DNA from: Gonapodya sp. JEL0774
Lineage: Eukaryota
Direction of reading: 5' to 3'
DNA: 64,000 nucleotides
Assembly: GCA_027604505.1 (NCBI GenBank)
Contig: JADIIX010000014.1
Coordinates: 62,001-126,000 of the forward strand
Shown: positions 22,572-33,823 of the stretch, piece after piece
How the letters are laid out: each line of letters opens with the position of its first letter
Numbering within the stretch: position 1 is the first letter of the stretch
Notes under the pieces: model-generated
Told to the model about the DNA's origin: nothing
The model's input: the letters and a program-made list of their open reading frames with translations, nothing else
Databases searched by the model: none
Position numbers and translations under genes: made by a program

Positions 22572-24079
22572 ATGAGCTCAGGGTCCATCACAAGTGCACT
22601 GGCAGACAAGGCCAACAGTGCAATCAAGGACTACTTCGCCGATCCGGTCAAGAAACCATCGCATGTTTCGACGTGGAAACTGTGGATCCTCGCCGCTGGA
22701 TACACTATCTACCTGGCGCTGTTTCTTGTGGGGTTCATGGTTTACTCGTACTGGTTTCAGGTAAAATTTTGGTTACTTCTGTTGTACCCTCGAGACTCTG
22801 CATAACAAGAACCACCTTCGCGTGTGCTAGAATTGTGGATGGCGACAGATGGCTGGTTGAAACTGTGATTTTCCCAACTATAGAGTGCCCCTCGTTGAAC
22901 TCTCGTGCCGTTCTTTTACCACAGGCCTGGGATTCTCGCCTTCTTTTGTCGTGCGGATTTGAGCGTGGCCAAGACATGTATCCTCTTCATTCGGGAACAA
23001 TCGAGGCCATACCAGGACTATACATTTCAAAGTATGTCACAGCTCGAACCGAACAGAAATAGGAAAGGAGTTGAAATCGACCGATGTTTGCGCTGCAGCT
23101 ATGTCATTGCTTATCAATCTCCTGAGTTCGTACTACAAGATTGCAGATTTTTAAATGACTCGAGTCTTGCCACCAGTTTAAAGTTCACGGTTGGTCCGTG
23201 GCTTGGGTCGGCGGTTTCATTATTCATTCTGATCTTAAGTATTCTCCTTTACAGTTCACAAGAGATTCGACGACATCACCCTATACATTAGCGTACCCGT
23301 TGGTGGTGTGTGGAGACAGGATCGAGATGCAAATTGTAACATCATCACAAGCTCCACAAGGATGGAATCAGCCAGCTTGGAATGCTCTTCAGCGTAATAT
23401 AGGTATGCTTTGTCCGTTCGTTGTACTCATGGGAGACGATATTGTTGTGACTGTGTCTCTTAAAACTCCAGACAGGATCATGGCATTGGATGTGTACAAG
23501 GACTACAGTGAGCAAAATATCCATTTACCTGTTTTCTCGTCTCTTTGCCTATTGAAATTAATCGAGAATTTACATCTCACCCAGACAACATCACTTTCGT
23601 AGCAGAATATCGAACTCATCCCACAACATACACCCTGCAATCAGGCTCTCTCAATGCGTCAGTGGTCCAAACTGAGTCTCTCTCTGAAAACCTGTTGAGT
23701 GGTTCTGCGACCGCCTTTTGGGAGTTTGTCATAGGGATCGCTGCGGACGTCGAGCGATTGCGCGACAGTAACAAGGACCCTTTCACCGGCGATATCGAGA
23801 AATTGCTGCTGGAGCAAGAACTCTGGCAGTGCTATGTTTGTGGAAACCGGTGAGCAGACGCGTTGGAAAGTCATTGCCTTTCAATGGCCAAAACCTTTTG
23901 CACACTGTGTTCTGAACAGGAATTTACTGGACGCCCTTCTTTTTGCACTCCCCAATGTCGGAGTTGTGAACACACTCACCATGCCTCTAATTCTTTGGAT
24001 TTTGGCAGAGAGAGCTTTGAAGGCAACAGGAAGTGAAACCCCCAGAGGTTCCCAATCCACAGCAAATGAAGGAGAATGA
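22572..24079 (+). CDS. Hypothetical membrane protein (N- and C-terminal TM, large Cys-containing middle), multi-exon
   Basis: First exon has TM LWILAAGYTIYLALFLVGFMVY; last exon has NLLDALLFALPNVGVVNTLTMPLILWIL; intervening ORFs are bounded by GT/AG. Confidence 0.5.
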
Positions 24080-24424
24080 TCCCGAATGTAATATATAAGC
24101 ACGGCAATACAAGTTGTGTTTCAAGTAGCACGCTTTGAACACGTGGACAATAGTCATCGAAGTGTTTAGAAAGGGGAATCACCCAACTGCATGCGGAGAG
24201 TACAGAAAGTGAATTCGTGAGGTGACAGAGCATTTGATAATCATCTCAATGAATCAAAACACCGGTCAACAATATCTGAGTCGAAACTAATGCCGTGAAG
24301 GGACCATCCGCTTTCGCGCGTTTGCATATCAGTTGGACCACGAAATGGCGTGCAAGGTTCACCAAAAAGAGAAACCCATCAAGTTTCACTCCAGCCCTCG
24401 AATTCGAGCATCTCACTTTTAACA

Positions 24425-27373
24425 ATGGCTCAAACCGGTGCAAGCGGAAAACGCAAGCAGAAGCGCCGTGCGCCGGGAACTGGGCTGAACGCATCTGCTC
24501 TGAACGGGCGGGATTCGCTTCCGGTCACTCTAATGTCGCCAGACGCGAACCTGCTCCTGGTCGTGGGTCACTCGGCGGACGCCCATGTGGTTCGAATCAT
24601 GGACTCACGAACTGGCAGTCTTGTTTGTGCATACTCGCCTGGGCTGGGCGTGAAGCCCGTCGTTTTTCCGGGGAAGGAAACGTTGAGCAAGAGCCAGGAA
24701 GACCACACGCGGTGGAGAACATTTGAAAGGGCTGCTTGGGCAGCGGTTCCTGGGCAACATGTGGCAGTAGGAGCTGGGCAGGATGTAACACAGGCGGTGA
24801 GTCATGTTTGATGTTCTTCGGCAATCTCGTTTAGTGGAAGAAGAAACGAGACCACGAACGGAGCGACCAGTGAATACGATCATTATAGTCATCTGATATT
24901 CGATGGGAAAGCTTTGCTATCTACTTTGACGGCTGGGAGAGTTTCAGTGTCGCTTCTGGCTGAGACTGCGATCACTCCAGATTCCGTTATAACGCCGAAG
25001 CCTGAACAACACTGATCCTTCCAAGTATCTTTCTTGCATTCTAAAGACACCGTCTAAGAAATCCCGCAAGCGCACGCGCTCTTCATCACCTATTCCCTCA
25101 CGTTCCAACACCTACGCTCCCCCTTCTTCCATCGTACTACTTGTTCCTACTTCGTCGCCATCCCTTGGTTCTGCCCCCGTCCTTGTCTTCTCTCCCGCAG
25201 AAAATCGCATTATCTCTTCACTTCCCGCTGACCCTGCACCCTTGGACCGGCCGGGCCCAACGCCGGATGTAGCGGACGTCTGCTCGGCTTGGCAGCCTGG
25301 GGCCGACGTAACTGCTTCTACCACCACCTCCCACTTTGCTTATGTCCTTGATACTCTCGGTCGAGTCGTCGAATGGGATCTGACCAACCCTTTGGTCCCC
25401 CGAAGAACAGGTCGAGTATGTTCATCCACTGTCAAGACGGCCAGTCGAGTTGCTGTGGGGACCTACATTACTTCCGGCTCGTCTTCTAGTAGACGAAGTT
25501 CTGACGATGATGATGTGGACGATGAAGAGGACGAGGAAATGGAGGTTGATGCCAATGAGACACCAGTCACTGTCCTCGCCGTTGCCGGTTCGGCAATCGA
25601 AGTGTGGCAACTTGGATCCCCTTCGAAACTCCTCAAGGTACAATTACCGTCCCCAATTGTCTCCGGGCTGTAAAATGATAATTTTTGCGACTCGTGTCAA
25701 CGTCCCTAACAGCAACTCCCCGGCCACCCAAGCCCCATCACATCACTCGCCTTCCATCCCGACTCCCGATCGGGGCTGCTTGTCTCGTGTGCAGAAGAGG
25801 ACTCTGCGACAGCTGCTACTGTGTGGCATTTGGTGAAGGGTGGAGTTGGAGGTGAGTTGGGGCGGTTTTCTGGATTGTGGTCATTCAAGATTATCGAGGA
25901 TTGGGATAAAGTCAATTTAATGGACACGGGGCATACTTCAACGCAGGTCTAAAACAAATGTTGAGGAGTGGTCGGACCTATAACTGAAGAAGCTATAAAG
26001 TTCTCACCCCCTGTCACCCTAATCACAACCAGCTTTGCCCACAACCGCCGCCCCCACATCTGTCAGATTGCACCATCCTTCTGGAACTGCCCTTCTTCAC
26101 CTCGCTTCAGGTGGCATCTCTATCCATCGCCCTTTCCCCTCTTCCGCACAGAATGCCACCGATAAACGCGGAGCCCCGATGAAACCCATCCGAGTACCGC
26201 CGGACGCCACTCTCGATGAAACGGTCATAGCAGCTACTTTCGCACCTGCCCCACCTGCCAATGATTCCACGTCATCCTCATCTTCTATGGACATTCTCGC
26301 TGCAGTAGGATACCCTGCTACCGTATTCCATCGTGTTTCTGCCCGCGCTGAAAGTGGTGCATGGGTCGGCACACTCACACTTCCTGCGGTATCTCACGGA
26401 GTTTCTGAGGTGTCAACTCTGGGTATGGCACCCACTCACAAATACAGCGAGAGCAGCGCGACGGTTGCTGTTGGTGGTGCTGGTGCAGTGTCGGGCTCGT
26501 ACAAGGACCGGGTATCTGCAAAGGGACGTAAGGACGATGGTAATGAAGAACGCACATTGGCGGAGCGAGTGAAAGCACTCGCACTCGCCACGGGGGGTGT
26601 GGGAACGTCTTCTGCAGGGACATTTCGCAATGGGTCGGGATCTGGCTCTGCTACCCCACTTATTGCAGGGTCCTTGCTTGGTCCGCTTCAGCAAGCTCTT
26701 CGCACTTCTGACACCGCACTTCTTGATTCGATTTTGGTGACTCGGGATGTGAGGTCGGTGAGGGCAACAGTCGCCAAGATGACCGCCACCGAAATCAGCA
26801 AACTGGTAGACGCGATCTCGGAGCGGGTAGCCAAGGGAGGACGCTGGGATGGGTATGTAGGTTGGATAGAGGAGGCGGTAGGAAGCTCGGTGGGCGCGGT
26901 GAGTTATATCCGCACTTCTCCATCCGTACTCCACACTCGTCTGATATGCAACATGGTACCAGCCTTCTGCTCCATCGCCCGCCGCCCTCTCGCGCCTTCA
27001 CGCCCTGCTGGATCACCGTGTATCCACTTACCACCGCATGCTTCGACTCCGCGGTCGTCTGGATGCCATGGTCAACCGGGTGAATGGTCGTGGAACTATC
27101 GCGGCCAACCGAACTGCCGATGGCAATACGAAATCAGTCACAGAGTCTGACTTGGAGGTGGCGGCGGTTGTTTACAGAGAGGAAGATGATGTCGGAGAAG
27201 AGGAAAGCAGCGAGGGGGAAGGGAGTGAGGAGAACAGCGAAGAAGATCCCGCAAGTGACCAAGACAGGACTGATAACGAGGAAGACGATATCGAGGAAGA
27301 CGAGGACGATGACGATGAACAGGATGGTGACTTCGAGCTCGATGATACCGCTGCGGACGAGGATGAGGAGTGA
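24425..27373 (+). CDS. UTP5: U3 snoRNA-associated protein UTP5/WDR43 (WD40 + Utp12 domain + acidic tail)
   Basis: WD-like exons (LGRVVEWD, SAIEVWQL); Utp12-domain motif GSLLGPLQQALRTSDTALLDSIL..VRATV..; MLRLRGRLD followed by a D/E-rich tail. Confidence 0.85.
24805..25008 (+). ncRNA. Candidate intronic structured ncRNA with C/D-like termini
   Basis: In UTP5 intron 1 (24797-25046). TGATGT (24809) and CTGA (25002) with a TGT/ACA closing stem, plus nested helices CTTCGGC/GCCGAAG, TCTCGTTT/AAACGAGA, AACGGAG/TTCCGTT and AGTGTCGC/GCGA-T-CACT. Confidence 0.5.
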
Positions 27374-27671
27374 CAGGCATAAGCAATTAATTCCAATGTG
27401 AATGACACTTGAAGGACACTTGAAGGAACACGAGTTTGCACAATCTGCTAAATTAGAAACGATGAGTTCCATATACATAGGCTCTAAGTTGGTTTCTAGT
27501 TGATGAAACTATTCCGGAATTGCGTGGTGGCACCGAACAAAACACTCATGATAAACTTTTACTTGCATTATGACCCGATCTCGGAAAAGTTTGCTGTGTT
27601 TGTATCCGTGATATGTAATGTGTGCGGTTCATGAGTACGGCTGATCGGCACAGCTCATCCGAATTTCAATA

Positions 27672-29445
27672 ATGTCACTCTCGACGCTTCGCGCTGCTGG
27701 CTTATCTGGGGTTGATGCCTGGTCACGTCTCATCGATGCGATGGTTGACAGGCTCGGGGAGAAAGCAACATTTGTAATTCTGGTGCTGGGGATTTCAAAG
27801 ATCATCAGCGGGTTCGTTTCATAAATTGTCGCAAGCCCCACAAGCAACGAATGTTCATTCTGCATTTTATTTCGGGATCCCAAGATACAACGCGTACTTG
27901 TTTGAATACGCCCATCGGTTTGGTTTCTGGCAGGTTTGTCTCCCATCATATCAAAGTGTTTCACCCTTTGATCCGGATATAAAAGCAATAAATTCCAAAT
28001 TGATTTCCAGCAATACCGTATCCAGCAAGATCGCATGGTTGACCCCAAAACTACTCGCGAAGCTATGGAAGGTCGCTACGGTGCAAAGTCGTTCATCGGA
28101 CTGTTTTTGATCGGGGTTCCAATAACCCTGGGGCAGTTATGGATTTACAAGAAGGCCTACGGATTCGATTTAAAGAAACTTCCAGGAAGTTTCGGTGAAT
28201 TTGTGTGGGAGTTTCTAAAGTGCACCGTGAGTGTGAAACTGCGATGGATTCTGTACAATCTTCCTACGTGTTCTGATATCCCTGCAACAGTTCTTTTGGG
28301 ATACTTCTTTGTTCTGGATTCACTACACGTAAGCTGCTGCGTGGAACCCTTGGATCTGGGAAACCGTCCAAACTTATACTCCCCTCAGTCTCCACTACTT
28401 CCCGTGGCTATACAAGCATATTCACAAAAAACAGTAAGTCACCAGCTATGACGCGTTCGATCTCTACGCTTGGCTTTTTCAAAGGTGCTTTCCAATACTG
28501 CCGGCCGTAAATCATCAATAGCCATGAGTGTGAGTAGTGATCTTCATTCGTTCCGTGGTGTCTGGATCCGTTCACCGCCGAGCTTTTCGTGCTACAGTCA
28601 AAACGGTCAATGTAGCGGTAAGTTAAAGAATTTCGATGAAGCAAAATGTCCCGACGGAGTTTTTATTTCAAAGGTCGGGGGACATCTGACTTTCATTGAC
28701 AATCTATTGATGACATTCGCACCGATAATTGTGAGAAATGGGTTGGGTTTGTGGCGTTTTTTTGTCCGTTCGGGCCCTACTAAAGTGCGAGCTGTGTAGG
28801 TTGGTGTGACAAGTTCGAGAATCAGCTTCCGTGAGTCAGCGTTCCACGTCGGTCATGATCTCAGTCTATGCTAACATGTTACCCTGTGGGGCATGTGGGA
28901 TGATCCCTTTAGTTGGGCTATGTGTTTTCCAGTGAGGTGACATAGTGGTCTTACATTGTCTCATTGTTTATAACACTCTCGTTCCACTTCAGGGCGTTCT
29001 TCACGCACATTGCTTCTCGCGCGCACTGTGGATATGAGCTACCCTGGGATCCGCTCAACTGGGTCTTCCCTTATTGCGCCTACCACGACGTGAGTGGCCT
29101 TTCCGTGATACAATACGGGATGAATCCCGATGTTTAACTGTTGCGGCCATTCAGTTCCACCACCTGAAGACACACTACAATTTTCAGACGCTCTTTGTGT
29201 TCTGGGATCTTCTCCTGGGCGGTAACGGTGGGTGCATTCTGATCAAAACGAGAAGGTACCTCCATAAACTCTTCAATTCATGTTCTGTTCCAGGTCCCTT
29301 CTGGGAATTTACGCGGAAACGCCAAGCTGCCACGAAAGCGGCGTGGGCTGCAAAGAAAGATCAACACGTGACGTTTGTTGCAATCGAGCCGGATCAGAAA
29401 GGGGAAACTGGGTTGAAGAGTGACGAAGACGCGAAGGAGGAATGA
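27672..29445 (+). CDS. Fatty acid hydroxylase/sterol desaturase family protein (ERG25-like), many short exons
   Basis: Spliced His boxes FWIHYTLHYFPWLYKHIHKKHHEF, AHCGYELPW and YHDFHH..YNF..FVFWDLLLG; N-terminal QYRIQ motif. Confidence 0.85.
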
Positions 29446-30488
29446 TTGAGAAGTGAAAGACGAGCGAACAAATAATATCCATGCGCATTCATTTCGGCGG
29501 CGGTTCATCTGAGATTTCGGATATCTGTCCCGATGAAAGCCCAAGTGGAAGTGCTACCAGAAAGTGACAAACGGCAGATACAATGGTTCCCCTCAAAGGA
29601 CGGGGGAGACCATATCGCACATGGAGTCAGCTATTAGAAGAGCTTAGTGCCGGAGGCAATCCTCTGGGTTCAGGAACAACGACTTTGCAGAGCGAGTGTT
29701 TCCGTTTAGTCGTCAAAGATTTGATTCAAGATGTGCAACCAGCAGCGATTCTTCAATCCTTTTAGATTCGACCGGAAATCCGCCACCGGATCTGCTTCTG
29801 CCAGAAAATCCTTCTCTGGACCACATCTTCGGGGACCATGACTCCGTTCCAGACTTCATTCCTCCGAGCGCATCCATTGCGGTCGAGCATATCATTCCAT
29901 ATCTCTACTCGTGATTTCAAAGCTCTCTGCTATTACCCAGCTTTCAGCAACTTGAAACTGATTTCCGTTTGTGCACGTCTCGCTTCCCGTGTATGCAGTG
30001 TTCCGACACCAGACAAACCTTCGCGATTTCCCCCAGAACCTCCGCTTGACTCGGAGCCCGACGATTCTGACATGAAAACAGAGCTTCCGTAAGTCTTGCT
30101 TATTCTGGTGGAACAAAAGTACTTTCAAATGCTATTGGCTCAATATATGTAGGTGAAGAGTCGTACCAGAGTACCCAAACTTCATTTCCTGTCATCCTCT
30201 TATGTGTACTTTCTCGCGATTGCAAGCATGTTCATTTCGGACATACTGAAATGGTCGACGCCATTTGCTTCCGATCAATGATCTTGATTTTGCTAAATTG
30301 CAAGTAGCAAGGAAAACCGACTGTACTCGTGCTTCTGCACAGTAGTAATGAATGAATTGCATTCAGCGTGTTGGCGAAAGTGCATGTTGGCGTCGGTCAT
30401 GAAAACTGGATTGCAGATACGATGGATCCTGTTCCAGACTCGCAAATAACATGAAGCGCGGACATTAGTTCACATATTTCACAACAAA

Positions 30489-32989
30489 ATGGAGTCGGAC
30501 GACGAAACGAACGGAGAAACAACGGCCGCTGTCTTTGAAGTACGTTTCTGAGTCGTTTCTTCGTATTCAAACGATCTCTTCATCATCATCACGTCTCATC
30601 CTTTGGCCTTCCTTCCTCAAGGATATTCCTGGACAGCATACGCATATCTACAAATATCTTGAAAGGACAGGGCCTTTTACGGATCCCTCGTTTGAGCCGG
30701 GCGATGAGGTGAGTATGTGGTGGTCAGCTCAAGTGGTGAAGAAGCTCGTGGCCTCCAATGTACTCGAGAGAGTACGGTGCTGATTTTGGTCAATCTATGC
30801 AAATGAATCTATGCAAATGCACATTGTTGGTGGATAGAAGGCTTCGTCAAAATTGAGCATTCCTTCAGGTTGGGGCATTCCACAGTCGTGGAAGGAATCT
30901 GTTTTTCGTTCCCATTACTAAGCGGGATTCTCCTCACTCTCCTCGTTTAGCGCAAAGAATTTCTTCACACGTGCAAGGTTCTCGTTATTGGGGCCGGTGG
31001 TCTCGGCTGCGAGCTTCTGAAGGACCTTGCCCTGATGGGTTTCAAAGATATTCATGTGATTGACATGGATACTATCGACATCAGCAACCTTAACAGGCAG
31101 TTTTTGTTTCGGTGAGTGACTGGTAATGGGCGTTGATAGCCGTGGGATGATAACGTTGAGGGTGTTAGGCACGTCGGCGCCGAGTAGTAGGTGTAACAAT
31201 CGTGTGGTTTCGGATCCTTTTCTTGTATTGGTCGACTGTGCGAATATCGTGGTCAAAGATTTTGTGTTGATGCGGACGCGCTGGATTTGAGGACATATAT
31301 CAGTTGGGATGCGGTGTGAGGGTGTTACCCCAGGACGCGCTACCCAAGAATTTTTTACAGTGCTCCAGAAGCGCTCTGACTTTGATCTCCCTTTTACTTA
31401 CTCTCAGGCAAGCTGATGTCGGACGACCGAAAGCCACAGTCGCCGCAGAATTTGTCATGAAGCGTATTCCCGGAGTCACGGTCACTCCGTACGTATTCAT
31501 CAATGACTGCTTACGAACCCCAACCTCCTTTTGCGCTCACTTTCTGATACTGAAAGCTTTTATGGCAAAATCCAAGATAAGGACGAATCGTACTACTCCG
31601 AGTTTTCCATCATCATCTGCGGATTGGATTCCGTGGAGGCTCGTCGGTGGATGAATGCGACCGTAGTGGGCATGTATGACGAGGACGACCCTTCCACGCT
31701 CAAACCCCTCATCGACGGAGGCACCGAAGGTGGGGTCCCGCTCCGTTGTGGTACCAGGTTATGTACGTGGCCTCTTGCAAGTTCACGAACTCGTGCTTTA
31801 GGTTTCAAGGGTCAATCCCGTGTGATACTCCCAACCATGACGGCCTGCTACGAGTGTTCTCTGGATATGCACACTCAACGTCAGGCATTCCCTATTTGTA
31901 CCATCGCCAACACTCCCCGACTGCCGGAACATTGCATTGAGTGGGCCAACTTGATTATGTGGCCAAAGGAGTTTCCAGGTGAGAATGTGGGGTGGATACT
32001 AAGTGGTGTTGTACCCGCACACATGCTGCCCGCCAGGGATCCGTAACTCCCGTGCCCTCTTCCCACCTCACAGATACGAAACTTGACGGCGACGACCCTG
32101 CTCACATTCAATGGCTGTTCGATGTTGCTTCCAAACGTGCTGCTGAGTTCAAGATCCCAGGTGTGACTTGGTCGCTTACACAGGGTGTTGTGAAAAACAT
32201 TATTCCAGCCATTGCATCGACAAATGCGGTCGTCGCTGCGAGTTGTGCTTTGGAGGCATTCAAGTTGGCAACGAGGTAGGCTTTGGTGTGGTGGAGGAGA
32301 AAGTCCAAGAGGGTGTTGGTCTTAGTCGGACATGGTTGGGAGAAGTCTAACCTTTGTCGCTTATGCCCGTTCGTTCAGCTGCGCTCCCACAATGTCCAAC
32401 TACATGATGTACGTTGGTGATGACGGAATATACACCTACACGTTCGAATTACAGCGAAAGCCGGAATGTCCCGTCTGCGGTAGTGGCTCCCAAAAAATAT
32501 CAGGTGAGTTCAAAGAAATCCAGGATATGCTTTGTGAAACGTTTGCAATGACTGTATTCTGATGGTTTGCAAGTGCGCCGAGACTATACCCTGGAGGACT
32601 TCATTGATTCTCTCAAGGAGCGGAAAGAGATGTAAGTTCTCTTCGCGGCGCTGACTTTTTCTTCTTCGTACATATCGTAGTTTTCCCACCTCTCTGTGCA
32701 GTCAACTCAAACGGCCTTCCCTAATGGCTCCCAACCGTGCCCTTTATATCCCTTCGCCACCCAGCTTAGAAGAACAAACGCGAGATAATTTGGTAAAAAG
32801 GATGGACGAATTGGTGGAGCCAGGAACTGAGATCACCGTGACAGGTAAGCTACGTGTAGATTTTAGGAGGATGTACGACTATGGTGTGATGTTTGATTGT
32901 GGGATCTGATACCGTCTGTGCCGTCATAATTGGTTACCTCAGACCCTGGCTTGCCTATTTCATTGAAGCTGATCATAAATTGGGAGTAA
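30489..32989 (+). CDS. UBA3: NEDD8-activating enzyme E1 catalytic subunit
   Basis: [84 protein letters not shown] and CPVC. Confidence 0.96.
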
Positions 32990-33823
32990 AGGCGAGGGGC
33001 GAATGGGCGTGTAGACAATGGAGGTGGAATCTTGCACGTATGAGTGTGAAAACGGCTTGCTGGTTAGAGCACAAAATAATACACCTTGGCGCTGGCAACA
33101 TTGAGTAGGCAACGCTCATACATTGTAAAATTTCGTGGATGCTGTCAAACATTTTAGTTTCTGGTTTCTGTTTTCTGGAGCAGTATATCATGCTTCGACA
33201 TGAGTTAAACACGGCCATGTGCTCTGCAGTTGCTGATCCACTCCCAGCACACCAAGATTTGCAGTTAATTCTCACTCCAATCGGAAGGCAAACATTAATC
33301 CAAGGCGTGCGTGGAAAAAGAGCACGACATCTCTGGACTGCTCGGCGAAGAAGCGTGGGAGCCGGGAGTGCTTATGTGCGAGAAGGTACATCTGGAAGAC
33401 CTGGAAGACGGAGGACAGACTGAAAAACGATTGGCTTCAGATGAACTTGGTATCACAAAATTGAATTGAACAGAAGAGCGATCGTTGCGTTTAGAGGTGA
33501 GTTTCGGTGTCTGGAAACTGAAGTGAAGATTGAATGAGCGTGCGAATGGATTGAATTCAAATGAGGATAGGAAAGTTATCACGCCTAAATCTGTGACTGC
33601 TCAGGGTCTTCTCTCTCGATGCTACTTGACGTTTCTCGGCCCACTGGCCTGGGTCTGGGTCTCGTTTTATTGGCAGGAAGTTCAGCTGAATAAGCTGGAA
33701 TCTACATTGTTACAAAACTTCTTGCAACTTTCTTTCTCAACTTACGTTTGTGCTCGATACTATGTGCGATACCCGCCCAGCGAGGAACCCAACTACGTAC
33801 CACCTTCCTGCACTTGCACAGCC

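Noticed and set aside
24946..25020. GCTGAGA (TPP riboswitch-like) and TGATCCTTCC (antisense to the 18S 3' end, snR45-like)
   Set aside because: The TPP P4/P5 consensus is absent and the host gene is unrelated to thiamine. The 10-mer coincides with the branch point and pyrimidine tract.
25852..26031. Hairpin CTTCAACG/TGTTGAGG in a later UTP5 intron as a possible H/ACA guide
   Set aside because: No H box, weak lower stem and imperfect rRNA pairing.
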